DNA from: a virus | Taxonomy: Duplodnaviria; Heunggongvirae; Uroviricota; Caudoviricetes | Strand: one strand, 5' to 3' | Virus record (IMG/VR): IMGVR_UViG_2740892019_000005 | Location: 1 to 10,614 of that record | DNA length: 10,614 nt | Shown here: positions 1 to 6,513 of the stretch, in pieces | Position numbering within the stretch: position 1 is the first letter of the stretch | Layout: the number at the start of each line of letters is the position of its first letter | The notes under the pieces: generated by a model | Databases searched by the model: none | Told to the model about the DNA's origin: nothing | The model's input: the letters and a program-made list of their open reading frames with translations, nothing else | Made by a program: the position numbers and the translations under genes

Positions 1-536
1 TCATCATAACCCGCCACATCCACCGACTTTTCACGGTAGTTTTTTGCCGCTTTACCGCCCAGGCACCAAAAGCCACGACCATTGGTGAAACGCTTCATGG
101 TGAGCGTGTTATCCCGGTGCTTTTTGCCATACCACGGAGCCAGCGCCAGCAGCGACGGAATATCGCGGATGGTCGGCTCAACGTGGGTTTTCATAAAATT
201 TTCGGCATCGCCATCCGTCGGCAACCAGATAAGGGTGTTACGCTGCTTATGCTCTATGAAGTAGGCATAAACACCCAGCAGCATTTTGGAATAACCGACA
301 CGGGCAGACTTCACCACATTCACCTCACGGATGTAGTCGCTGCCCATCGCATTCATGATGGCCCGCTGAAAGGGCAGTGTTTCCCAGCGCCCTTCCTGGT
401 ATGCGGATTCTTTCGGGAGATAGTAATTAGCATCCGCCCATTCAACGGCGGTCTGCGGCTCCGGCCTGAACAGGGCACGAAGCCCGGCGCGGACAAAATG
501 CCGCAGCCTGTCAACCTGACTGTTCGATATATTCAC
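1..536 (-). CDS. A: Terminase large subunit, 5' portion only (gene continues beyond window start); GTG start at 534-536
   Basis: Minus-strand translation from 536 reads VNISNSQVDRLRHFVRAGLRALFRPEPQTAVEWADANYYLPKESAYQEGRWETLPFQRAIMNAMGSDYIREVNVV..., closely matching my recollection of lambda gpA N-terminus. No stop before position 1, so absent from the ORF track. Overlaps Nu1 3' end by 26 nt as in lambda. Confidence 0.9.
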   Translation of the reverse strand, partial: MNISNSQVDRLRHFVRAGLRALFRPEPQTAVEWADANYYLPKESAYQEGRWETLPFQRAIMNAMGSDYIREVNVVKSARVGYSKMLLGVYAYFIEHKQRNTLIWLPTDGDAENFMKTHVEPTIRDIPSLLALAPWYGKKHRDNTLTMKRFTNGRGFWCLGGKAAKNYREKSVDVAGYD

Positions 537-1056
537 TCAGCAACCCCGGTATCAGTTCATCCAGCGCGGCTGCTTTGTTCATGGCTTTGATGATATCCCG
601 TTTCAGGAAATCAATATGCCGGTTATCCAGCTCAGGAAAACGTCGCTGCACCGACAGAGGAATACCGTCGAGAATACTGGATATTTCCCTTGCTATACGC
701 GACAGCACGAAAGTACAGAATGCGGTTTCCACCACTTCAGCCGATTCTTTGGCATTTTTCAGTTCCTGCGCCGTCGCCTGAGCACGAGTCAGGCGATGGC
801 GCTCAAATTCAAGTGTTCCGGGGTGAAGATCTGCCTCGCTGGCCAGCCGCAGTTCTTCAACCTCCCGGCGCAGCTTTTCGTTCTCAATTTCAGCATCCCT
901 TTCGGCATACCATTTTATGACGGCGGCAGAATCATAAAGCACCTCATTACCCTTGCCACCGCCTCGCAGAACGGGCATTCCCTGCTCCTGCCAGTTCTGA
1001 ATGGTACGGATACTCGCACCGAAAATATCAGCCAGCTGCTTTTTGTTGACTTCCAT
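511..1056 (-). CDS. nu1: Terminase small subunit Nu1 (181 aa)
   Basis: ORF-track protein MEVNKKQLADIFGASIRTIQNWQEQGMPVLRGGGKGNEVLYDSAAVIKWYAERDAEIENEKLRREVEEL... matches lambda Nu1 from memory over almost the full length, including the N-terminal winged-HTH. Upstream sequence CCGTGGAATGAACA-ATG matches lambda. Confidence 0.95.
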   Translation of the reverse strand: MEVNKKQLADIFGASIRTIQNWQEQGMPVLRGGGKGNEVLYDSAAVIKWYAERDAEIENEKLRREVEELRLASEADLHPGTLEFERHRLTRAQATAQELKNAKESAEVVETAFCTFVLSRIAREISSILDGIPLSVQRRFPELDNRHIDFLKRDIIKAMNKAAALDELIPGLLSEYIEQSG

Positions 1057-1059
1057 TGT

Positions 1060-1260
1060 TCATTCCACGGACAAAAACAGAGAAAGGAAACAACAAAGGC
1101 CAAAAAGCCCGTTTTCAGCATCTGTCGTTTCCTTTCTTTTCAGGGGGTGTTTTAAATAAAAACATTAAGTTACGGCGAAGAAGAACGGAAACGCCTTAAA
1201 CCGGAAAATTTTCATAAATAGCGAAAACCCGCGCGCCTTCCGCCCCGTAGCCTGCCGGAT
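1060..1260. other. cos site: cosB-like segment (Nu1 R-sites and IHF region) and cosN-equivalent near 1234-1245
   Basis: Minus-strand sequence ...CGCGGGTTTTCGCTATTTATGAAAATTTTCCGGTTTAAGGCGTTTCCGTTCTTCTTCG...GAAAGGAAACGACAG... is nearly identical to the lambda left-end cosB region as I recall it. The aligned cosN 12-mer reads GGGCGGAAGGCG rather than lambda GGGCGGCGACCT. Confidence 0.7.
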
Positions 1261-1327
1261 CGCCGGAAAGGACCCGCAGGCGTTCTAGTTTATTCGCAAT
1301 GAATTCAATGTCTGACAGACCTGCGTC

Positions 1328-1345
1328 GTGCGACCACGGTCGCAC
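1328..1345. repeat. 18-bp perfect palindrome GTGCGACC-AC-GGTCGCAC, copy 1 of 4
   Basis: Exact 18-mer also at 2995-3012 and 3215-3232, and as the reverse-centre form (GT centre) at 6250-6267. The 8-bp arms are perfect reverse complements. Confidence 0.85.
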
Positions 1346-1370
1346 AGCAATGAATCAACATCCTGCATGC

Positions 1371-1438
1371 TCGCGCAGAGGAGTTCCCCGTCGGACTACG
1401 GTCATGGTTAATGCGGGAATACAGCGACGATACAGCGC
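1371..1438 (+). repeat. 68-bp direct repeat, copy 1 (second copy at 3137-3204)
   Basis: tcgcgcagaggagttccccgtcggActacggtcatGgttaatgcgggaatacAgcgacgatAcagcgc versus copy 2, with only 4 transition differences (capitals). Confidence 0.85.
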
Positions 1439-1554
1439 ATGATGTGTCAGGCTTGAATACCTTTATCCGTTAAAAGGGATATCAGTTAAGTTATCCCGTG
1501 CAGGGTATAAGCCATTATCAAAGCCACTCAGTAGCGAATGGCTTTTGTAATGGA

Positions 1555-2004
1555 CTATTTAATTAGTGATGCTGCGTATTCGATTAGATATAACTTAGGT
1601 GCCAGCCAAATTTTTAACCATGTCATATTGGCTACTACAGAAATAATAAAACTGAACCATAGAATAAAAACTGCTACTAATGGTAAGACAAAACCACTTA
1701 ACCTACCGTCACTTTCCCAAATCATAGTCGGTTTGTATTTAGGCTGTCCATTATCCCATGAGCGTCCTTCATTATCGAACTTACCAATTTCAACTTTTTT
1801 GCACTGTTTCTTCATAAACCAAATAACCAGCGGGATTGTTGAAATAGCTATTAATGTTTTAATCAGGCTATCAACCATATTCCATACCAGCAACTGATGA
1901 ACAACATCCGGAATCTGAGCCTGACTGAATGCAATGGCGGAATCAATTCCATCGCTGGCCTTCTTCAATAAATCAACAAGAATTTTATTTGCTTCTTCTT
2001 GCAT
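1555..2004 (-). CDS. Hypothetical small membrane protein (149 aa, about 2 predicted transmembrane segments); cargo gene
   Basis: ORF-track protein with hydrophobic stretches LIKTLIAISTIPLVIWF and GFVLPLVAVFILWFSFIISVVANMTWL separated by a charged loop. Region is visibly AT-rich. No lambda counterpart at this position. Confidence 0.6.
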   Translation of the reverse strand: MQEEANKILVDLLKKASDGIDSAIAFSQAQIPDVVHQLLVWNMVDSLIKTLIAISTIPLVIWFMKKQCKKVEIGKFDNEGRSWDNGQPKYKPTMIWESDGRLSGFVLPLVAVFILWFSFIISVVANMTWLKIWLAPKLYLIEYAASLIK

Positions 2005-2128
2005 GTTTATATCCTGTAAGTTGTAAGCCTGTTCGAAAAAAAATAAACAACTACGAGAGACAGAAAAAATATCTCAGGCTCTCTTTCTATAAGCTTTTAG
2101 TTGAGGATGTTCTGCAAAACAAAACTGG

Positions 2129-2971
2129 TTAGTTATGTAACTGCTTCCGGAATACAACAGCCGACGTGCTACAACGTAAAATTCGTTTGATTGTGGCCGT
2201 TGAGGAAACAGACTTGCATTTCTCAACATCATCAATGATGACCACATCCAGTACAGGTATGGCGCGGGTATGCAATGTTTTTGCACTAATAACATCACAA
2301 CCATTCAGCGGTCGAATATCTGAATCTTCAGGCACTACCAGAAGCACACGTTTTCCCGGTGCAGAAAAGCCAGCAGCAAGAGTTCGTGACAATAAAGTCA
2401 TTCCACTACGTGGCTTCATACAAATTTCAGAAATATGATTTTTTTCGTCAAAATGATGCTGGCCATCATTTTTATCATTACTCAACAACTCTGCTGTTAA
2501 TACAATCCCTGCTGTCTCAGATTTCCAGGAAATGCTGATATCCTGATCATCTGCATCAACATCATATTTCATCGAGTAAGGACTAAAGCAACGTCCAACG
2601 AACGCATCATTTACCAGTACACGCCCACCCTGTCTGACCTGAAAGTCAACGCGCCCTAAAAGCTGATTTGCTGTTACAAGCAATGCCTTTTTTCTTTTTG
2701 TTTTATTGCTCATTGCCACAAATTGTTCTGCCATCTCTCTTGTTACATCACCAGCAATTCTTTCCAGCAGTTTTACATTAACATTCTCCGTAAAATATCT
2801 GGATGACATCAGGCAGTTATTAACAATTGGCATCAGCTCACTTACGATTGTAAAAAATTCCCGGTAAAGCTCATTTTGCTTTTCAACACACAGTTCTCCA
2901 CAATCGTCCAGCTTACGCTCAAGAGCACTTAATCTTTCCATTATTGAATTAATTTTTTGCAACTCTTTCAT
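2129..2971 (-). CDS. Hypothetical protein (280 aa), no recognisable family; cargo gene upstream of the membrane protein
   Basis: Start ATG at 2969-2971 is preceded by AGGAGG (tctttgtcAGGAGGttttgATG). The ORF-track ORF extends to 3232 but that extension crosses a palindrome and a repeat and has no RBS. N-terminus looks helical/coiled-coil (MKELQKINSIMERLSALERKLDD...). Confidence 0.65.
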   Translation of the reverse strand: MKELQKINSIMERLSALERKLDDCGELCVEKQNELYREFFTIVSELMPIVNNCLMSSRYFTENVNVKLLERIAGDVTREMAEQFVAMSNKTKRKKALLVTANQLLGRVDFQVRQGGRVLVNDAFVGRCFSPYSMKYDVDADDQDISISWKSETAGIVLTAELLSNDKNDGQHHFDEKNHISEICMKPRSGMTLLSRTLAAGFSAPGKRVLLVVPEDSDIRPLNGCDVISAKTLHTRAIPVLDVVIIDDVEKCKSVSSTATIKRILRCSTSAVVFRKQLHN

Positions 2972-2994
2972 CAAAACCTCCTGACAAAGATACC

Positions 2995-3012
2995 GTGCGA
3001 CCACGGTCGCAC
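2995..3012. repeat. 18-bp palindrome GTGCGACCACGGTCGCAC, copy 2; 23 bp upstream of the 280-aa gene start
   Basis: Exact repeat of the 1328-1345 sequence. Confidence 0.85.
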
Positions 3013-3136
3013 GCTCCTGAATACATGCCCTGTTTCTTCCACCCTCGCACAGGACTGGCGAGCATGAGGGACAAACCCGCGAATCAATAGCGCGGTAAAA
3101 ACCCGGTGTGCATCGTTTTTGATTATTTCCGCACAC

Positions 3137-3204
3137 TCGCGCAGAGGAGTTCCCCGTCGGGCTACGGTCATAGTTAATGCGGGAATACGGCGACGATGCA
3201 GCGC
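3137..3204 (+). repeat. 68-bp direct repeat, copy 2
   Basis: About 94% identical to 1371-1438. The flanking upstream sequence (about 3030-3136) also resembles a lambda segment near bor that I recall, but this is unverified. Confidence 0.85.
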
Positions 3205-3214
3205 GGAATTTAGC

Positions 3215-3232
3215 GTGCGACCACGGTCGCAC
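3215..3232. repeat. 18-bp palindrome GTGCGACCACGGTCGCAC, copy 3
   Basis: Exact repeat, 10 bp after direct-repeat copy 2. Confidence 0.85.
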
Positions 3233-3251
3233 ACGAGAAACAAAGAGATTT

Positions 3252-3563
3252 TTATGCTACAGAGGAACAAGCTGGCGGGTAATTCAGCGTAGTGAATACC
3301 GGCATCTCCATCTTGTATGCGTAATGATACTCAGCAGTTGCTCCAGCAGACGCTTTCCAGCCAGGAAGCATCAAAATAGCATCAGCAGAACGAAGCATTG
3401 CAAAGCAAATATCCATGTATTAACGTTGCGTCAGGCCATTGGGTAAAGTGGCTGGATTCAGGACCGAATGACCATGACGTGACAAACGCTCAGCCTCTTT
3501 ATTAAAGGCGTCACGATTAAAATTCTCATATCCCGTCATTGGTCCGGCAATATAAATTTTCAT
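3252..3563 (-). pseudogene. DUF4406-like / nucleoside 2-deoxyribosyltransferase-like small protein interrupted by an in-frame TAA (codon 48)
   Basis: Minus-strand frame from ATG 3561-3563 reads MKIYIAGPMTGYENFNRDAFNKEAERLSRHGHSVLNPATLPNGLTQR-stop(3420-3422)-YMDICFAMLRSADAILMLPGWKASAGATAEYHYAYKMEMPVFTTLNYPPACSSVA-stop. One continuous frame with a single internal stop. The MKIYIAGPMTG start is characteristic of the family as I recall it. Confidence 0.55.
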
Positions 3564-3604
3564 TTACTATCCAACAAATTAAGTTAGTTTTTGATGCAGA
3601 TGGA

Positions 3605-4066
3605 TTAATTCAGGCATTGCGTCCTGATGTACTCCTGCAAATATCCAACCTGTTTCGTCACTGTGACGATTCGCTCTCTGAGGATGAAATAATCCCGTTC
3701 AGCGGAGTCAGTAAGTCGGGGGCCGGTAGCATCGCCCAGGCCGCCGGTGATGGTCGTTCCGTTCGCGGGACATCTGGCGTTGAGGTGCAGCCCACACTTG
3801 CCAGTGCGAACACAACGCTGCAAATCATCAAGCTGCTTTTTGGCATCAGCTAAGTCCTTCGTGTATTTGGCATCCAGAGCCGCTACATCACGCTGGCGGA
3901 TCTGCATGTCTTTGATGGTAGCGTTCGCCAGCTTCAACTCTCTGGCGTTTTTGTCGCGCTGCTCTTTATAGGAGATGGCGTTATCACGGTAATGATTAAC
4001 AGCCAACGACAGGCAGACGATGATGCAGATAACCAGTGTGGAGATAATCGCGGTGACTCTGCTCAT
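3605..4066 (-). CDS. Rz: Spanin inner-membrane subunit Rz (i-spanin)
   Basis: N-terminal TM segment ([20 protein letters not shown]) followed by a coiled-coil periplasmic domain, similar to lambda Rz. Start ATG 4064-4066 overlaps the R stop (TAATG). Chosen over the upstream ATG at 4078. Confidence 0.85.
   Translation of the reverse strand: MSRVTAIISTLVICIIVCLSLAVNHYRDNAISYKEQRDKNARELKLANATIKDMQIRQRDVAALDAKYTKDLADAKKQLDDLQRCVRTGKCGLHLNARCPANGTTITGGLGDATGPRLTDSAERDYFILRERIVTVTKQVGYLQEYIRTQCLN
3658..3846 (-). CDS. Rz1: Spanin outer-membrane lipoprotein Rz1 (o-spanin), embedded in the +1 frame of Rz
   Basis: Signal peptide ending in lipobox-like ...ALASVGC-TS, proline-rich body, and C-terminal TPLNGIIS motif as in lambda Rz1. 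Lies entirely within Rz. Confidence 0.75.
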   Translation of the reverse strand: MPKSSLMICSVVFALASVGCTSTPDVPRTERPSPAAWAMLPAPDLLTPLNGIISSSESESSQ

Positions 4067-4563
4067 TACTGCCCCCACAAACAGACTTCACGCTCAATCT
4101 CACGGCGAGTCATCAGCCCTTTCCATTGCTTACCGCCAGCATATGTCCAGCGACGTAGTTGATCACATGCACCTTTGATATCGCCCTGGTTGATTTTGCG
4201 AAGAAGCGTCGATGTTCTGAAATTGCCTGCACCCACGTTGTAAACGAACGAGTAAAGAGCACCACGCGTTGTTTCCGGTATATCGACTTTGATGTACGGG
4301 TTAATTTGTCTGGCGACAGTAGCAAGGTCTTTATTCAGGAGAGCTTTGCATTCTGCTTCGGTATACGTTTTACCGAGCATAATGTCTTTTCCTGTATGCC
4401 CGTAACATACAGTCCATACACCAACGATGTCTTTGTAGGGGTTATGTTTCACACCTTCCAGACCATCGTTGCCGCTCGGACCAGAGATGAGCACAGATGC
4501 TATGGCAATAGCCCCGCCACCAATAGCAGTTGCGACAGCTTTGCGTAATGATGACTGCATCAT
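4066..4563 (-). CDS. R: SAR endolysin (phage 21 R-type lysozyme)
   Basis: [38 protein letters not shown]... has a Gly/Ala-rich N-terminal signal-anchor-release segment followed by a T4-lysozyme-like catalytic domain. Close to the phage 21 R sequence as I recall it. Confidence 0.9.
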   Translation of the reverse strand: MMQSSLRKAVATAIGGGAIAIASVLISGPSGNDGLEGVKHNPYKDIVGVWTVCYGHTGKDIMLGKTYTEAECKALLNKDLATVARQINPYIKVDIPETTRGALYSFVYNVGAGNFRTSTLLRKINQGDIKGACDQLRRWTYAGGKQWKGLMTRREIEREVCLWGQ

Positions 4564-4832
4564 ATTTCCTTCGGTGCTCTCTTTCCCAATTCACCAATAA
4601 CCATCGCCGTGGCGGAAATATTATTGGCATCAGTTTTATCCAATATGTCCTGCAATATCTTCGTGCGCTTCATCTGCTCGCGTTTATTGAGCCGGTATGT
4701 AAGTACACCGAGGATAATGCTGAACGCGACACCGATAATGAAGCCCCAATCCTGCAATGACAGGCTGGCAAAGAACGCAGTAAGACCAGCACTACCATAA
4801 GGTGCGCTGCTGTATCGTTCATCCATCTTCAT
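4560..4832 (-). CDS. S: Holin, probable pinholin (class II, 2 TMDs) with dual-start motif MKM
   Basis: 90 aa with two adjacent hydrophobic segments ([11 protein letters not shown] and [18 protein letters not shown]) and a charged C-terminus. Stop overlaps the R start (ATGA). Preceded by GAGGT. Confidence 0.75.
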   Translation of the reverse strand: MKMDERYSSAPYGSAGLTAFFASLSLQDWGFIIGVAFSIILGVLTYRLNKREQMKRTKILQDILDKTDANNISATAMVIGELGKRAPKEI

Positions 4833-4928
4833 ATCTATTACCTCGCAATAGTTGCTGAGGTTTCGGCTTGGAAACTATACGGCGAGAAATAACCCCCATC
4901 AAAAACGGCAGGGGAATATATTCTTCAG

Positions 4929-6050
4929 TTACTCAAATAACTTTTTCACTTCATCAACTGTCTGAAGATAACGTTCACCCTCAATCTCAATACCGATTGC
5001 CTGACGACCTAACTTCAGCGCGGCTTTAATAGTAGAGCCTGATCCCATAAAGAAATCGGCAACGATATCTCCGGGGCGTGAACTACTTTTTATAATATGT
5101 TCCATCATCGCTGCAGGTTTTTCACATGGGTGCTTGCCAGGATAATATTGCACAGGAGGAAACTCCCATACATCGGTATAAGGTACATCAGCAGTAACAT
5201 GAAATGGGCGGCGCAAATTTTCATACTGAGCCTTCAAATCATCATACTGCTTCTTTACTTCCTCATAATGCAATTTCAGATCGCTATAACGCTTTTCATG
5301 TTCTGAATAATCAACATTAAAAGGATATGGACACGGGACACCGAGTGAATCTGCCTTCCTGCGAAATAATTCGCATAGTTTATTAAAATCAATTAATGAT
5401 GGAAGCCGCCACTGCGAATAAGAAAACCAGTGCGAACACATCTGCTTTCCTGTCGCTGAATTAATGTCTGCGGCTGATATATCTAACTGACGGCGAGCCA
5501 GCGAAAAAGCATCAATTAGTGGAGAAAAAATATTTTTTCTTAGATCTGCACATTTTGAAGCATAACCTGACTGACCTTTAGCATAACCTGACGCGCCGTA
5601 ATGCTCTGCAAATAATATTCTTTCAGTAGCAGGAAAATAAGCCCTTAAACTTTCTTTATGACAACCGCGCCACATACCACTGGGTTTAGCCCAAATGATA
5701 TGGTTCAGAACATTGAAACGGTCGCGAGTTAATAATTCAATTTTTGACGCAAGGCGAGAGCCGGTAAACATATACAGGCTGCCATTAGGGGCCAATATCC
5801 GCCAAAATTCTGCCAAAAATTCGTCAATCCACCCCAAAAAGTCAGCATCGCTATCCCACTGGTTATCCCATGCGTTAGCCTTTACGCCGAAGTATGGTGG
5901 GTCTGTTGCAATCAAATTGACCGAGTTATCAGGGATGGTTTTGATAAATTGCAGAGAATCTGCGCAAACGAGTTGTGCGCCATGAATATTAGTGGTTTTG
6001 AACATAGCTATTATTTTTTTGCCTGGGTAAGCTAACCCGGCGATGCGCAT
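4929..6050 (-). CDS. DNA methyltransferase, beta-class (motif IV DPPY precedes motif I FxGxG), probably N6-adenine; YhdJ-like architecture
   Basis: N-terminal ...VNLIATDPPYFG... and C-terminal ...GDIVADFFMGSGSTIKAALKLGRQAIGIEIE... Alternative start at 6003-6005 (MFKTTNIHG...); neither start has a strong SD. AT-rich relative to the flanking lysis genes. Confidence 0.85.
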   Translation of the reverse strand: MRIAGLAYPGKKIIAMFKTTNIHGAQLVCADSLQFIKTIPDNSVNLIATDPPYFGVKANAWDNQWDSDADFLGWIDEFLAEFWRILAPNGSLYMFTGSRLASKIELLTRDRFNVLNHIIWAKPSGMWRGCHKESLRAYFPATERILFAEHYGASGYAKGQSGYASKCADLRKNIFSPLIDAFSLARRQLDISAADINSATGKQMCSHWFSYSQWRLPSLIDFNKLCELFRRKADSLGVPCPYPFNVDYSEHEKRYSDLKLHYEEVKKQYDDLKAQYENLRRPFHVTADVPYTDVWEFPPVQYYPGKHPCEKPAAMMEHIIKSSSRPGDIVADFFMGSGSTIKAALKLGRQAIGIEIEGERYLQTVDEVKKLFE

Positions 6051-6140
6051 CGCGGGTGGGCTTTAGGTTCAGCCTATAGCTCTGGCATGGGTTGACCGCA
6101 GGACAAGCTGCAACTTGTCCTGCGCCCACTTTTCAGGCAC

Positions 6141-6162
6141 AAAAAAACCGCCATAAAGGCGG
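6141..6162 (-). terminator. Intrinsic terminator on the minus strand (tR'-like), about 55 nt downstream of the inferred late-promoter start
   Basis: Minus-strand RNA ...AAG-CCGCC-UUUAU-GGCGG-UUUUUUU: 5-bp all-GC stem, 5-nt loop, U7 tract. Confidence 0.5.
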
Positions 6163-6201
6163 CTTGTTGGCTGTTGGGTACAAAAAACACAACTTAATAA
6201 A

Positions 6202-6230
6202 ACAATAACTAAAAACCGTCATTTTGCCAA
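6202..6230 (-). promoter_or_regulatory. Sigma70-like promoter on the minus strand: -35 TTGGCA (6225-6230), 17-bp spacer, -10 TATTGT (6202-6207); candidate late promoter
   Basis: Hexamers and spacing read directly from the sequence. Position between the upstream small genes and the MTase/lysis cassette, with a short leader ending in a terminator, mirrors the lambdoid pR'-tR' arrangement. Confidence 0.45.
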
Positions 6231-6249
6231 GCTTTTTCGTTTTTGTGCT

Positions 6250-6267
6250 GTGCGACCGTGGTCGCAC
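6250..6267. repeat. 18-bp palindrome, copy 4 (GT-centre orientation; extended perfect palindrome CTGTGCGACCGTGGTCGCACAG at 6248-6269)
   Basis: Centre at about -63 relative to the inferred transcription start of the late promoter. On the plus strand it is followed by TTTTT. Confidence 0.85.
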
Positions 6268-6272
6268 AGTTT

Positions 6273-6500
6273 TTAGAAAGTTGCCTGCTTATATTCATCG
6301 GTCAAAGAATATCGACCAGATCCACTACGCTTTGCAACCCCAAAACAGATCATCTGTTCGATGATAAATTCAACGGCAACTTGACTCAAAAAACAGGCTT
6401 CGCTTAACTCTTTCAGGGAAATGCGTGGGTATCCACGCATAACACATTCCACACTCAGGGCCGCTTCAGTCATATTTCCACGAATTTCATTAATATTCAT
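6273..6500 (-). CDS. Small hypothetical protein (75 aa), possible winged-helix DNA-binding fold
   Basis: ATG 6498-6500 is preceded by GAGAGG. Sequence ...ISLKELSEACFLSQVAVEFIIEQMICFGVAKRSGSGRYSL... is compatible with a wHTH. It occupies the position where Q would be expected, but is too small and lacks a zinc finger. Confidence 0.55.
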   Translation of the reverse strand: MNINEIRGNMTEAALSVECVMRGYPRISLKELSEACFLSQVAVEFIIEQMICFGVAKRSGSGRYSLTDEYKQATF

Positions 6501-6513
6501 AACGCCTCTCTAA

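Noticed and set aside
117-1155. Plus-strand ORFs 117-590, 575-781, 616-1155 and 690-920
   Set aside because: They lie antisense to terminase A and Nu1, whose identity is strongly supported; shadow ORFs in GC-rich coding sequence.
2129-2300. Possible phosphoribosyltransferase PRPP-binding motif in the C-terminus of the 280-aa protein (VLDVVIIDDVEK...)
   Set aside because: The hydrophobic-DD core is present but the following glycine-containing loop of type I PRTases is absent; not a convincing match.
1555-2971. Direct homology of the cargo pair to lambda RexA/RexB
   Set aside because: Sizes and soluble-plus-membrane architecture are similar, but I see no sequence similarity to RexA or RexB as I recall them, and the membrane protein has about 2 rather than 4 predicted TM segments. 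Kept only as an architectural analogy.
1328-3232. The 18-bp palindromes as intrinsic terminators
   Set aside because: Copies 1-3 have no flanking U/T tract on either strand. Only copy 4 is followed by TTTTT on the plus strand, which could make it a plus-strand terminator but does not explain the other copies.
2972-3270. N-terminal extension of the cargo ORF to 3232 and the overlapping minus ORF 2971-3270
   Set aside because: The extension crosses the palindrome and the direct repeat, has no RBS, and an internal ATG with AGGAGG at 2971 gives a cleaner start; treated as non-coding regulatory sequence.
3177-3446. Plus ORF 3177-3446 at the position where bor would lie in lambda
   Set aside because: No lipoprotein signal, no RBS, and it overlaps the minus-strand DUF4406-like frame; a bor homolog is not present.
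6273-6500. 75-aa protein as the Q antiterminator
   Set aside because: Far shorter than known Q families and lacks a zinc-finger motif; position alone is not enough.
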